Shown here piece after piece: positions 31,411-42,894 of a stretch of DNA of 64,000 bases. The stretch comes from Cyanidioschyzon merolae (taxonomy: Eukaryota): assembly GCA_000091205.1 (NCBI GenBank), contig AP006493.2. One strand, 5' to 3'. Made by a program: the position numbers and the translations under genes. The notes under the pieces are model-generated. The model ran no database searches. It saw only the letters and a list, made by a program, of their open reading frames with translations, and was not told where the DNA came from. How positions within the stretch are numbered: position 1 is the stretch's first letter; each line of letters starts with the position of its first letter.

Positions 31411-33027
31411 CTAAAATCCCAAAGATTCCGGTGGCAACGCATTACCTGTACTCGATAGGGCGCTTACCAGATACAGAAACAGGGCGAGTCCGCCCAGCGC
31501 CAAAAACGGTATCCAGTCCTGCATACCGTTATCCATGAGTGCATCGTTCCAGTCGTCAACCATGTCTTCCTCATCAGGGAACGCCTGGGCCTCCTTGGAG
31601 CGGAACGCACTGCGCCTCCCGCTACTGCTACCAGCACGCCATCGAGTGCCCTGACTTGCTTTCCGGTAGGCTTCCTCCTCTTCAAAGCGAAGGAGCTGTT
31701 CAAGGTACGGGTCTCGATTCTGTGCAGTTTCCCGATCCTCCGCTCCGCGTCGGCGACCACGCGGCCCGTCGTACTCGTTCGGCATTGCAGGAATGCCGCT
31801 AATAAGCGGACGGTCGCTACGGACACCACCGTGCTTGTCGCGAACGCGAACCCGCAGCGACTCGTCCGCAAGCACGCCCGTGGGTAGCGGCACGCTCTGC
31901 CCGATGAACACGCGCACCAGACGGTGCCACCAGTCGTCACCGTTGGCCACGCTTGCGGGTTCATATTCATCAAATGCGTCTGCCTCGCCCTCTTCATCAA
32001 AAACGGCCCGCCGGACTGTGCGATAACGTCCGAAGCGCCGTTCTCTATCTGCAGCGCCGCCTTCGTCACCGCGAGGTGCTGCACGTTGTGCGCCTATTCG
32101 TTCGTTCGGCACATCCCTGCCCATCGGTGCATACTCTGGAGAGTCATTTTCCGTATCGGAGAGGGACCTGGGCGATGGCATGGACTCCCAGCGGTCCAGC
32201 TGGTAGTTTCCGCTTGGAACGCGACCGTTTTCCCTGATCCAGTCACACAGCACCGACTCCAAAACGTCTGGTGTAGCTTCTTGCGAGCCACGAGTCGGGA
32301 AATACGTTTTAAAATAGCGGCAGAGGGACGGTTGCAACTTTCGATGCACTTGCAGCTTCGCGAGGACGTTTTTTGTGTAACCAACATACCGAAGCGTGCG
32401 TTCTTCATCGAATACTGCGTAAGCACCAGTGCGCTCCCAACGCTCGGGTTTCCTCGAAAGTTCCTGAACAGACAGCAGCGGAAGATCCGCTAAATATACG
32501 CGTTCTTCAACCTCCTGCTCGGAAAACGGAGGCGGTTCCCGAGCGCGTTCGTCCTGCGACCGAGGTTCCTCCGCCGAAGCAAGCGCTACCAAGCAGCCAC
32601 AGCCCCGGTGGGCAAGCTGCCGAAGGCGAGGCGCTCGCTGGTCAACGAAACCCAAGTATTGCCTTGCGCGTGCTCGCCTACTCGTTGTACTGTAGCGCCA
32701 AACACACGGCTGCGTCCACATACACCCGAGTATACACGCTCGTTCGCCACGAAGCGAATGCGTAGTAAGATTCGTACGAGGACGTGCACAGAACACCGCC
32801 TTCACGCCAGTACACTTTGTCATGTATTGTACAACACACACTAGGACGATTGCCCCCGTCGACAGATGCCATGGTGCACACATCGGGCGACGTCTCCGCG
32901 GGACGCACGCCCCGTCGGCGTCGGCGGTGGCCGCTCGCCTACCTATCATTCGCTGCGCGCTGCGTGCGTTGCCGGTGCCGGGGCATCGTATGATTTCCGC
33001 CCGCTTCGCTCGGCACGTGAAGCGCAT
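31411..33027 (-). CDS. Hypothetical protein with a possible GIY-YIG-like nuclease motif and a C-terminal TM tail anchor. True start is probably an internal Met, since the N-terminal ~150 codons look non-coding
   Basis: …TGAYAVFDEERTLRYVGYTKNVLAKLQVHRK…ESVLCDWIRENG resembles GIY…YIG(S/T)…R…H…E. C-terminal WIPFLALGGLALFLYLVSALSS is hydrophobic. The remainder is acidic and Arg-rich with low complexity. Confidence 0.3.
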   Translation of the reverse strand: MRFTCRAKRAEIIRCPGTGNARSAQRMIGRRAATADADGACVPRRRRPMCAPWHLSTGAIVLVCVVQYMTKCTGVKAVFCARPRTNLTTHSLRGERACILGCMWTQPCVWRYSTTSRRARARQYLGFVDQRAPRLRQLAHRGCGCLVALASAEEPRSQDERAREPPPFSEQEVEERVYLADLPLLSVQELSRKPERWERTGAYAVFDEERTLRYVGYTKNVLAKLQVHRKLQPSLCRYFKTYFPTRGSQEATPDVLESVLCDWIRENGRVPSGNYQLDRWESMPSPRSLSDTENDSPEYAPMGRDVPNERIGAQRAAPRGDEGGAADRERRFGRYRTVRRAVFDEEGEADAFDEYEPASVANGDDWWHRLVRVFIGQSVPLPTGVLADESLRVRVRDKHGGVRSDRPLISGIPAMPNEYDGPRGRRRGAEDRETAQNRDPYLEQLLRFEEEEAYRKASQGTRWRAGSSSGRRSAFRSKEAQAFPDEEDMVDDWNDALMDNGMQDWIPFLALGGLALFLYLVSALSSTGNALPPESLGF

Positions 33028-33472
33028 CGGGGCGGCTTTCGGGGACGACGAGGCTTCCCGCGCAGCGGCGACGCTGGCGGTACAAATTGGAATAGGCTTC
33101 GGCGGGCGTCGCTGCGATCACGAGCGTTCGGCGGTGATCCGTGACGGCACCGGAAATTGCCAGGAGGCGCTCCAGACGCATTCGCTCGTGATGGCAAATC
33201 GCCGCGTCGGCGATCACCGGCGCTCGTCGGCGGCACTGCGCCGCAATCTCGCAACGCACGTGCGTGCGCTATCCTCGCGGCGAAAACAATACCGTGCGTG
33301 GACAAGGCCACTATCTTGTCGAGGCTCTACACAATGAATGGGGAAACTAGTTTATGACTTTTCCAATCAAAAGAGCTTTCCTTGGAGTTTCCAGAACCGT
33401 TCGAGCCAACGTCAGAAACCGAACCTAAACCAGCAAGCCTCCTTAACAGCGACGCACTATGTACTCGAACGT

Positions 33473-33991
33473 TTACGCCTCCGCACGTTCAGTGTCTGCC
33501 TCACCGACATCATCCGAACTTCCTTTCTGTCCCCGCTCTACCGCAAGAGTGACTATCAGTGCAAAGAGGAGGAGCGCGAAATCAATCCACGAGAAGCCGA
33601 GCACTGCGTTCTCCTTCTTCGAACGACTGCCTCCGATTCTCGCACTCACAACAATGGCCCAGATCATTGCCCAGATAGTATTGAAGCCGTTCACAGCTAC
33701 TTCGAAAATGAATATGTGCGGTTCAAGGCTAGATACGAAACTCCCGATAAGCACGAACATAAACGTGAAGAGCGCAAATACGAACATGATCACGTTGTCC
33801 GCAATACCAAAGTTACAGATACTCACTGACGTACCAACTGTTCCTGTTGTATAGAAATGAGGGAAGCAGTACCGCTTACCATTGATGATGGGCTTCAAGT
33901 CGTGCACAATAAGCGCAAACGACGCGATAGACAGTGCGATAACCACGAAATAGCAAAACAGGCGAAAGCCGCGAGCGATATCGAGCGCCAT
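33473..33991 (-). CDS. Small 4-TM membrane protein (MARVEL/CASP-like topology)
   Basis: 172 aa with four evenly spaced hydrophobic helices and a charged C-terminus. No catalytic motif. Confidence 0.35.
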   Translation of the reverse strand: MALDIARGFRLFCYFVVIALSIASFALIVHDLKPIINGKRYCFPHFYTTGTVGTSVSICNFGIADNVIMFVFALFTFMFVLIGSFVSSLEPHIFIFEVAVNGFNTIWAMIWAIVVSARIGGSRSKKENAVLGFSWIDFALLLFALIVTLAVERGQKGSSDDVGEADTERAEA

Positions 33992-36360
33992 AATGATTCG
34001 GCTTATTACGAATGTTCAGAACGTAACACGTTATAGTAACGTAACCAGAGACTCTACGCTTTGCACGCTATGACAGTCGGGAGCGGAGCACTTGTAAAAC
34101 CGCTTATGCACAACTCGAAGCGAGCTTTAAATTAAAACCGTCGTGATCACCAGGCGATGGCCGCACGCGTCGCGAACCATCCTTCAAAAGATGGAGCTCG
34201 TCGCGCCTTCGCCGCGGCGTCCAGGCGACGGCTCGAGATCGACCATCGACATCTGGATCGCCCGTGTGGATCTTCATTGAAGCAGGTGGCGCCACGTGGC
34301 CCCGTCGCCGCGACTCAGTCGAAATCGGCAACGCTGCGGCGCCCTGCCGCGGTGGCCCCGTAGCGCGGGAGATTGCTTCAGCGCTCGACTGTGTCGCGGC
34401 ACGTGCTGTAGACGGAGCAGTGATCGCTAGAAACCCTGCATCAGAACGGCCTTTTTGTTGTTATTTGTTTTTCTCAGGGTTATTGAACAGAGGGATTGTA
34501 TGATGGAGGTTGGAGAAACGTTGTGGAAAGTCTTGATACTATCACAGCTAGTTTGCCATGCTGGTTTTCGTTGTACGAGTTCAGGTATGCTCTGGCTAGC
34601 TCGTGGATGAAGCGCTCCTGTTCTCGTCTCTGTCCTGAGCATCGTGCACGCGAAACAGAAGTCACCGAACGCCACCAAGACGACTGTGTCCTGGATAATC
34701 CATTGAATTCCATGCATTCTATTGGGAACACGGCGAAGGAAGCCATAGGATGTGAGGCTTCCGTGTGGTTCATACGAATGCTGATGAAGACACGCTGATA
34801 GACACAGGAGAAAAACGCTCGTCGTGAAGACTGTCGTGCAATAAACAACACTCTATTGATCTCGTATGGACGCGTGGACGTTTGTTACCGGAGCGTGAGG
34901 TGTTCGTCTCAATCGCTGAGACTCGAATCTGGAGGGATGGTACACCTGTGAATGCCTACTCAAAGAGGGACAAATCGCTATTCCTACAAAGGAGATTAGC
35001 GAGCAGGACGGCACCAGCTGGCCTGGGTGCGAGGCTTCGGTGTCGCCAACACCAAATAGCAAAAGAGCCGTGATCACTCAACTCCTCACGATGCGTCGAA
35101 GCGCTTTTCGGCTTCTCCTTTCCACATTCTTCTGATACGCTCTTGGACAACGTCGCTCTCTGTCACGCAAGAGCGGCCACGGATTGTGCAGCTGAGCTTG
35201 GCATTGAGCTGATGTTTGCGTGAGCCTATTCGTCCTGGTTCCGTCCAGCTGAAGGAGCCTGCTCAGTTTGTCGAACCATGGATGGATGCTCACGACTCAT
35301 TCGACGAGCCGTCCGCATCTGTGACACCATTCTTGGACAAGCCATTCTCCACCTTTGCAAGCCATGAGCTGATGCGTCGCCGCGCTGCTCGTGCCCGGAC
35401 GGGAGCTGAGAGGCGCGCTTCCGTCCGTGGGCGAGCTCTCGGCGGATACGACGATGGAGAGGTGCTTGAGGAGTAGTCGATACATACATAGAAAGGGCGA
35501 GTTTCAGTGCAACCTTCCACCCAGTGCGCCTGAGTCTCCACTGGGAGAACGACATACAGATATGCTCGATAGAGATGGAATGCAGGGCGCCTGCCAGGAA
35601 CTAGAGAAAGAAAAGCGACCACCGGGCGAACCAGAGAAAGAGCCTTCCGAGAATAGGGTAAGGAGCGACGGGGAGGAACAGATGTCGGAGCGACAAGATC
35701 TGTCTCAAAGCGATGCGACCGCTTCCCCAAGAAATGCACCACCCGCGAGAATCTGTCAAGCCGTGAGATGCGAGACGCCATTCAGGATCGCGCAGCTTCG
35801 TACTCAACGAAGGCTCGCCCAGCTGCGCTCGCCCAGACGCGCCTCGTCAAGCATCTGCTCATCGGAGGGCTGGACGCACGGCCGCCAGTTGTCTACATTC
35901 CTCTCATAACCTTTCGATGAAACGTTCGTGCGACAACAGATGGCCAGAAAACAAGATGCAATACGGCCTGGTCGTGGCATCCAGGGTTTGAGAACACGCC
36001 ACCCAGCATGCCGTGACGCTTCGTAGGCCGGCGTCTGTAATGAGAACGTCCGCAGCGCAGGTGCCGGCATGTCTGGGGCCAACCTCAAACACTACATGCC
36101 GGCCAATGTCGAGCGCCCCATGCAGCGCGCCCTCTGCGTGTCGCAGCCTCACCTCAGTGGTCCAGAACAGGGGAGATAGGTTGACGGGATTCTTGGATAT
36201 CGATGGAGGCAAATGACGAGCTGGATACGCAAGAGCTCCAACTGGTATCGACTTCGAAAAGAAAAGCAGCAACGAGAGCCAGAATCGCCCCAGATCGCCC
36301 GACGATATCGTTTAGTGCTCGGCGTCGCACCTGCAGATATCGTATCCGAAAAGTGGCTGA

Positions 36361-36387
36361 AGCGCACTGCCTGCCTGCCTGCCTGCC
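36361..36387. repeat. (CCTG)n microsatellite, ~7 units (mirror of the arm-1 CAGG run, contracted)
   Basis: ctgcctgcctgcctgcctgcctgcctcg. Confidence 0.9.
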
Positions 36388-37479
36388 TGCCTCGTTTGGC
36401 TCCTGTGCTACCACGTTTCTCTGGACAGGTGCTTCCAGAGCTGAGCAGCCCCCCTCTCGGGATCCGACCGTCCGGTGCACGTCACGCGTCTATTCGACGT
36501 GGTCTCGGTATGCCAGATCAAGGTGAATCGCGCGTCAGTAGACACTTGTGTACTGGATGGCCTCCTCTGTGCGGTGCCGCTGCTCTCTGCGAGTAAGCCT
36601 GAAGCGTCCGAGCAGCCACACGAAGAGCACTGGCGGCGCTCGTTCAAGATTTCTCGTTTCCAGTGACGACGGCGACCGACGGGATACCAAGCTCGACGGT
36701 CTTTGTGACGCTTGTGAATCCGAAACCTGCGTCGAGCCACGAAACGCATATCCAACGGATCCGGGCACATGAAGGGAAAGGTCACGAGCCGTGCGTCGAT
36801 CCCCGCTGGGGGGAAATCATCACCGCCACCGATTATCTATTGAAAGATGGCGGAGGTCACAACCTGAACGGAAAGCGGATGAACCTGCTCAACCTCTTCA
36901 ATCGCTCGGTATGAGCGGCAGTCGGACGTGATGGGCGCTAGAATGCATACGAACAGCAAGGGGAGCGGTGGCGGCATCAGGACCCAAGTCGACGCTCCAG
37001 GCACCGTATGGAGCCGAGGGTTATGCTTCCTATAATTTATTCCGAGCGTCCATGAGCGACCAAATGCATCGTGTGGAGGGTCTTTGGTGGGCGTCCTTGG
37101 TACTACGCTGAGGTCGCAAACGGTGTCGCTTCTACAGAGGCGGGAAACTCGCATTCACCGGCATTATCGGTGAATTCCAAGCGAAAATCCCCGGCAGGTC
37201 CGATCGTTTCCTGGCGGCAGCCTATGACGCTGGATGTTCAGTAGCGCGCAAAGGACGCGGACCTGCTCATGCTTCGACGGGAGTGTCCAATAAGCTCAGG
37301 TGCCTATGCCGCACGCTTCCTGTCGGTGCGTTCAGCACGACGTACATGCGCCACGAGTGCGGGTGCATGCTGAAAAACCGACAGACAAGAACGGTGCGAA
37401 ACAGAGCTGCATGCGCGAGATGGTGCACTGTCAGCCGCGCAAACGGCAGATCACGAAGTAATCAAAGCTGAGAAGCTCG

Positions 37480-37690
37480 CTATGCTTACATTTCTTCAAT
37501 AAGAGCGCTTACGTGCATGTACTGTGTCTATCGAGCGTTGGAAAACCCCCATTCCAGATCTCTGGGAACGATCTCGTGCTTACATTTCTTCAATAAGAAC
37601 ACATGCATGTACTGTGTCTATCGAGCGTTGGAAAGCCCCCATTCCAGATCTCTGGGAACGATCTCATGATTTCGGAGCGTCCAGTGGCTT
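37480..37690. repeat. 90-bp tandem array in IR arm 2 (reverse complement of the arm-1 unit), ~2.3 copies
   Basis: tgcttacatttcttcaataaga...ccagatctctgggaacgatctc appears twice plus a partial copy. Confidence 0.85.
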
Positions 37691-39739
37691 TATGTGTCGC
37701 GCGATCATTCAGGTAAATCGTGTCGTACACTGTATGCGCCTCTTATTGAAACGTTGCAGACTTTCAGTGAGAAGAATCCTAGCGACCCGGAGGTGCGGCA
37801 TTTCGATTGCGTCCTGGAGCGGAATACTGGTACGGTATGAAATAGGCATCCAGGAAAACTGCAGCGCCCTGAGTCCACACTAGGATTGTGTATCCTTGGT
37901 CATTGGTGAACGATAATAGCTTTCCATGATCCGATATGACTGACTATATGGCCTCCATTTGTGTGCTGGTATCCCGCACCAACCCTAATCTGAGCATGCG
38001 CCGGCATCCGCATACTGAGACAACGGTCTTCTGTCCGTGAGCAAACCTTACAGAAGAATATTCAGGGAATGTTCAAGTAGAGGACAGTCCTCCTGCACTT
38101 GGCAATCCGAGTTGCATACGAAGGGAGCGAACGCCAAGGCCAACGCGGCACCCCCTGCAGGAAAATTCAAAGCTGAACATATGCGCAGAGTTTGTGGACA
38201 AAATTTTTCCCGGATCCGCGTCCAAGCTTTGCATCCCCTACTCATCGTGATCGCTGGGTCGGCAGCTTTGCATAACGATAAGCTGGTAGGTAGCCCCGTT
38301 GGACCGCCGTGCCGTAACAGCGCTGAAGCTGACGGCATCAGCAGCGGCGGTGGCAGGCCTACCAAAAACCCAACCTCGAACTACTGATGATGATGATGCA
38401 AGCACAGAGCTTGGCATCTGGGACAGCGTCACTTTCGAATGTGTCCCGATGGCAACCGCCTGCCCACATGTGTTGACGTACCTTGCAACCGATTACAGTA
38501 ACAGTCGTGGAGACGCACGTCCAGGAGTCGTATGCGTTGACGCTCTCGGCGTTCAACGCAGGGCGTCCACCGCGCTACGAAACGCTGTTGCTTGCCATTG
38601 CATGGTAACGGAGTGCCGCTCCCGGAACCCGGCAACCGTATGATTTCTGGCGACTCTCCGAGTTCGGTTTCTATTCAGACGCTCGCTGACAGCGGGAGTA
38701 GGGGTGAGCTGAGGTGCGCTCGGCAGCCACGAAGCGCTCTCTCAGTGAAGGACCCTCCGTGTACGCGTATGCGAGTTCGTTTCGGGTAGACCGATTCGAT
38801 CGAGGCGGACTTTAGAACTCCGGATACACACGGCAGCATCCGACGACACGGATCGGAGATTTAGATTACCGTAACCCCAAGGACCGTTGGATCGAGGCAG
38901 AGTTTTCTGGATGCCTTGACCCTACCGAATTCCAGGAAAGAGATCTCAGTTCCATCACAGACGCTTTGTCGATGCAGCAGGCCCTAGTCTGTCCTCCGCA
39001 CTCTAATACAAGTATGACGGGTTCCATGACCGAGCGACACTGGATGGACAGCTGTCGCCGCGGACGCCGCACAGAGACAGCGTGGTGGTTTGGCGATGCT
39101 TGCGCGGGTGCCTTCTCACGGCATGCATCGGGAACTACAAAAAACGACTCCGAGCGAAGTCGTGAAATGCGAGACGGGAATTTGCAAATGAGTGCTGTAC
39201 CAGCATCGTCATGACGCAAAGGGTGAGCAGCATTTGAGCTGCTTCAGATTCTAAGCACCGTAGAAAACGCAGATGAAATCAGAAGCGAGTATGAAACACT
39301 ACCGGGCGTGCAGCGCTTTCCCCAGACGCGAAGAAACTCGGATCCATTAACGTCAAATTGTAACAAGTCCTTGCAGCGCATTGCGTCTCACATGCACCCC
39401 GAGCACTGCACGGCGGAACAGCCATAGCGCGCCCCTTTTAAACCCGTGCCAGAATAACATACACCAGGTCGTCAGCGACGAGCGTACACACTGACCTTTG
39501 GGGACTCCTTAACAGTATCGTCAGGTTGTTGCCGGCTTTTTCTGTGACGGCTTCATAATCCTCTCTCTTATTCCCGACTTTGAACATAGTGGTCTCTCTT
39601 GTCACTCTGGCAGCGTTGTCAGCGGCCGACGGATGTTGACCGCTGCCGTAAAGTCGAGACTACGCCGGTTAAGGCTGTTGCCAATGCGTTTTATCGATGG
39701 ACGGAAGTTGCGATCTATGCTTTGATTGCCATGCTCACC

Positions 39740-40460
39740 ATCTTTGTATCCAGCCTGGTTGCGCCCCGCACACCGCTGACACTCGACTGTGGTCAGGTGT
39801 TCCAGTACGTCTATCGCGCATCTCATCTGCTGAGCACCGCCCTGTGATACGAGAACGCTCGTTTCATCGCGCGGCACGTGCCCTTTGACAGGGACAGAGG
39901 GCATCACTTGATGCATTCCTCCATTTCCCTGCCGAGCGCCGTACACCACGATCACGGACCTATTCTGGGCGACAATTTAATTGACAGGTACGCTGTCCCA
40001 TTCCATGGAGGATTCGTGGAACACAATAATGTCCATGATGAAACAAGTACCGTAAGGAAACTCCAGGCTGTTCATCAACTCGAGACATTTCGATCCGCCT
40101 CTGGCCGCTCCATGCAAAGCGGTGACGCATTCTCCACTGCGGGCGATCGCTGCGTTGACTAGCGTCCGAATCCAAGACGTTTTCGCATGGAAACACGAGA
40201 CAGGAGAGCGTCTGGAAACGTATCTCGTGACACGTATGATGCTGCTGTGGGATGCTGCTTCCTGAAGAACCATAAAAACGAACGGATTTGTATTTTAAAC
40301 ATTAACAAGTTTAAGACGTGGGAATTCCAGGGAAATCTCGGCGTGAGCTTGTAAACAAGTTGTCAAGTGACAACGTCCAGGTTTTTTCGTCGATCATGTA
40401 GAATCGCGAGTGGCTGCACCCTCGTGTTGCCTTGAAAAAGAGAAATAGAAAACTCGAGAA
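39740..40460 (+). pseudogene. Copy 2 of the ~0.8 kb repeat/gene family (in-frame stop after ...LDCGQVFQYVYRASHLLSTAL)
   Basis: Protein-level blocks CGQVF, SAVHHDHGPILGDNLIDRYAV, HDETSTVRKLQA and QSGDAFSTAGDRC in the same frame as the intact copy. 3' nucleotide block 'gttgccttgaaaaagagaaatag'. Confidence 0.45.
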
Positions 40461-41051
40461 ATCAATGATCTGAGCATGGTACACGTAAGAAAAGGTCAAG
40501 AGCGGAGGCTCATACGTATGAAATGGAACGTGATATCGGTAATTTTACGAACCCTTGTTCCGCGACATCGTGAATCATATCGACTCTGGTGACGTATCGA
40601 ACTCCACCGGCAAACCGTCGAAGCAGGCGCTCCATCAAAGCGGCCGAGCATCCCCATAAGACGTCTCCATTGGTAAGCGCTCATTCCTGCACCAGGAATG
40701 TCGTGACTGTCCATCTACACAGAGTTCGGAAACAAGATCGACGTTCAGGAAGAGAGCGAGTCGCTCAGTGTTCTGTGCCAGTCTGAAACGGGTGCAGGAG
40801 TTCACGCATGCACACATATCGATACCAGCTGCTGCTAACTAGCGCAGAAGGAATGCCCTCGACTGCGCCACGAAGCCGGCATCGCGTGGAAACCTTTTCC
40901 TTGCCATGTCTGAGCATGGGTACGATTTCATCTACGCGAGTCGCGTACGCCATACGGCACTGACCGGCAGGGTCTCTAGGTTTGCTCAGTTTACAGAGTC
41001 TTTCGCGAGAAGCTTCTTGGATGGCGATCGCCAGTGACGACATAGACGCCT

Positions 41052-42305
41052 CTACAACATATCACTGATGTCGACCGGCATTTCCTGGATTTCACAGTTG
41101 TAATAGGCCTCTATCTCGCGTAGCGTCCGCACATCCTCATTGGCAAGGAAGTTGATCGCAACACCTTTGCGACCGAAGCGCCCGGAACGGCCCACACGAT
41201 GAATATAGTTCTCCCTGTTTGACGGTAGATCGTAGTTGATCACGAGACTCACCTGCTGCACGTCAATACCGCGAGCGAGCAGATCCGTCGTGATCAACAC
41301 GCGCGACGAGCCTGAGCGAAACTCGCGCATGATCAGATTTCGCTCCTCTTGGCTCATGTCTGCATGGATAACTGAGACCGTAAAGTCGCGTTCACGCATA
41401 CGTTCACTGAGCCATTCAGCCTTACGCCGGCTGTTCACGAAGATAACGGTCTGCGAAGCAGAAATGGTTTCGTACAAATCAATCAGAGTCTCTAGCTTCC
41501 ATTCTTCCTTCTCTACCATGATGTAAAACTGTCTAATACCCTGCAGTGTCAATTCATCTTTCCGAACCAGGATACGTGCCGGATCCCGCAAAAATTTTTC
41601 GGCCATTTCGACGATCTCGGCGGGAATCGTGGCGCTGAAAAGCGCCACCTGACAGTTTGCCGGCATGTATTGGAAGACCATGTAGATTTGCTCCTTGAAA
41701 CCACGAGAAAGCATCTCGTCTGCTTCGTCCATCACAAAACACTTGATAGTCGTCGTATCCAACGCTCTTCTCTGGATCATATCGTACACTCGCCCGGGTG
41801 TTCCGACGATCACGTGCGGCGTGTCCTGTTCCAGCGTCCGCAGGTCGTCTACAACCCTTGTACCGCCGATGCACGCGTGAACTTTAACGCCCATATAGTC
41901 GCCTAGAGCCAGCGCCACTTTTTGGATCTGTTGCGCAAGTTCGCGCGTCGGTGCCAGAATCAGACCCTGAACTTTGCGCACCGAGGTATCCACGTTCTGG
42001 AGCATGCCGATGACGAAGCACCCAGTCTTCCCGGTGCCAGACTGGCTCTGCGCGAGCATGTCACGCCCTTTCACCATTGGTACAATGCCACGTTGCTGGA
42101 TGGCCGACGGCTTCTCAAAACCATACGCGTAGATGCCTCGCAAAAGCTCATCGCGCAGCCCCATGTCGTCGAAGGACTCGTAGACCTCTGTCACGTTGGA
42201 GTCGATTTCCCCTGCGCTCTCTACGTTTTCAACATGCTCAGCATCATTACTGTAGCCGGTATCTCTCGAAACAGCAACCGAACTTGTGCCGTTCGCTTCC
42301 GCCAT
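41052..42305 (-). CDS. EIF4A: Translation initiation factor eIF4A (DEAD-box RNA helicase)
   Basis: [43 protein letters not shown]. 417 aa. Colinear with eIF4A. Confidence 0.95.
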   Translation of the reverse strand: MAEANGTSSVAVSRDTGYSNDAEHVENVESAGEIDSNVTEVYESFDDMGLRDELLRGIYAYGFEKPSAIQQRGIVPMVKGRDMLAQSQSGTGKTGCFVIGMLQNVDTSVRKVQGLILAPTRELAQQIQKVALALGDYMGVKVHACIGGTRVVDDLRTLEQDTPHVIVGTPGRVYDMIQRRALDTTTIKCFVMDEADEMLSRGFKEQIYMVFQYMPANCQVALFSATIPAEIVEMAEKFLRDPARILVRKDELTLQGIRQFYIMVEKEEWKLETLIDLYETISASQTVIFVNSRRKAEWLSERMRERDFTVSVIHADMSQEERNLIMREFRSGSSRVLITTDLLARGIDVQQVSLVINYDLPSNRENYIHRVGRSGRFGRKGVAINFLANEDVRTLREIEAYYNCEIQEMPVDISDML

Positions 42306-42894
42306 GGTTCACAGAAAGGCGACGTAACTTGTGTACACGTATCCACAGATACGACAGCGTCAAGACTTGGGTCCACTTGGACAGACGCGTCGCACACCAG
42401 ACATATGGACGGCGGGTTCGCCGTCGTCGGCGCGCCGTCGCGCCGGCCACCGCCCTGGTTCACGCAACGCAGTGCCTTGCCTTGCCTAACATGGATCAGA
42501 ATGGAATTTATGGGACATAATGGAAATAGAAGGATTTTTTGGGATGTTTCGGCCATTGAGCAACCGCTGCTGCCTGCTGCTTCTTGATTGCTCGTGGACA
42601 TGCCGGTACGCAGGCTGCGCTCCAGTCGATGGTCGAGGCTGAAGTCACCCGACTCCATGCTGACCTGGTTCGTTTCCTACCTGCGTACTTGCTGAGGCGA
42701 CAGTGTTTCAGTAGTGCTGTTCGGAAGTGCCGAATGCACCGTGTTGAACAACCGGCTCACTGCTTATGGGCTTGTATCAGAACGATACTTGACGCGACTA
42801 CTCGTTCTGGTGTGGCCGCTCTGGGCGAACTGTAACGGACAAAGGCGTAACTGCAGCGCGCACAAAACTTAGACGGCGTACTGGTACTGCTTTC

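Larger units (their letters stand above)
34602..37930. repeat. Large inverted repeat, arm 2 (partner 24300-27947)
   Basis: Reverse complement of arm 1. Shorter because of fewer 90-bp units (37480-37690, ~2.3 copies) and fewer CCTG units (36361-36387). Confidence 0.9.

Noticed and set aside
24300-37930. Polinton/Maverick or TIR DNA transposon explanation for the inverted repeat
   Set aside because: No integrase, transposase, pPolB or packaging ATPase. The cargo is ordinary cellular genes (an LSm). Arms of ~3.5 kb are far longer than typical TIRs.
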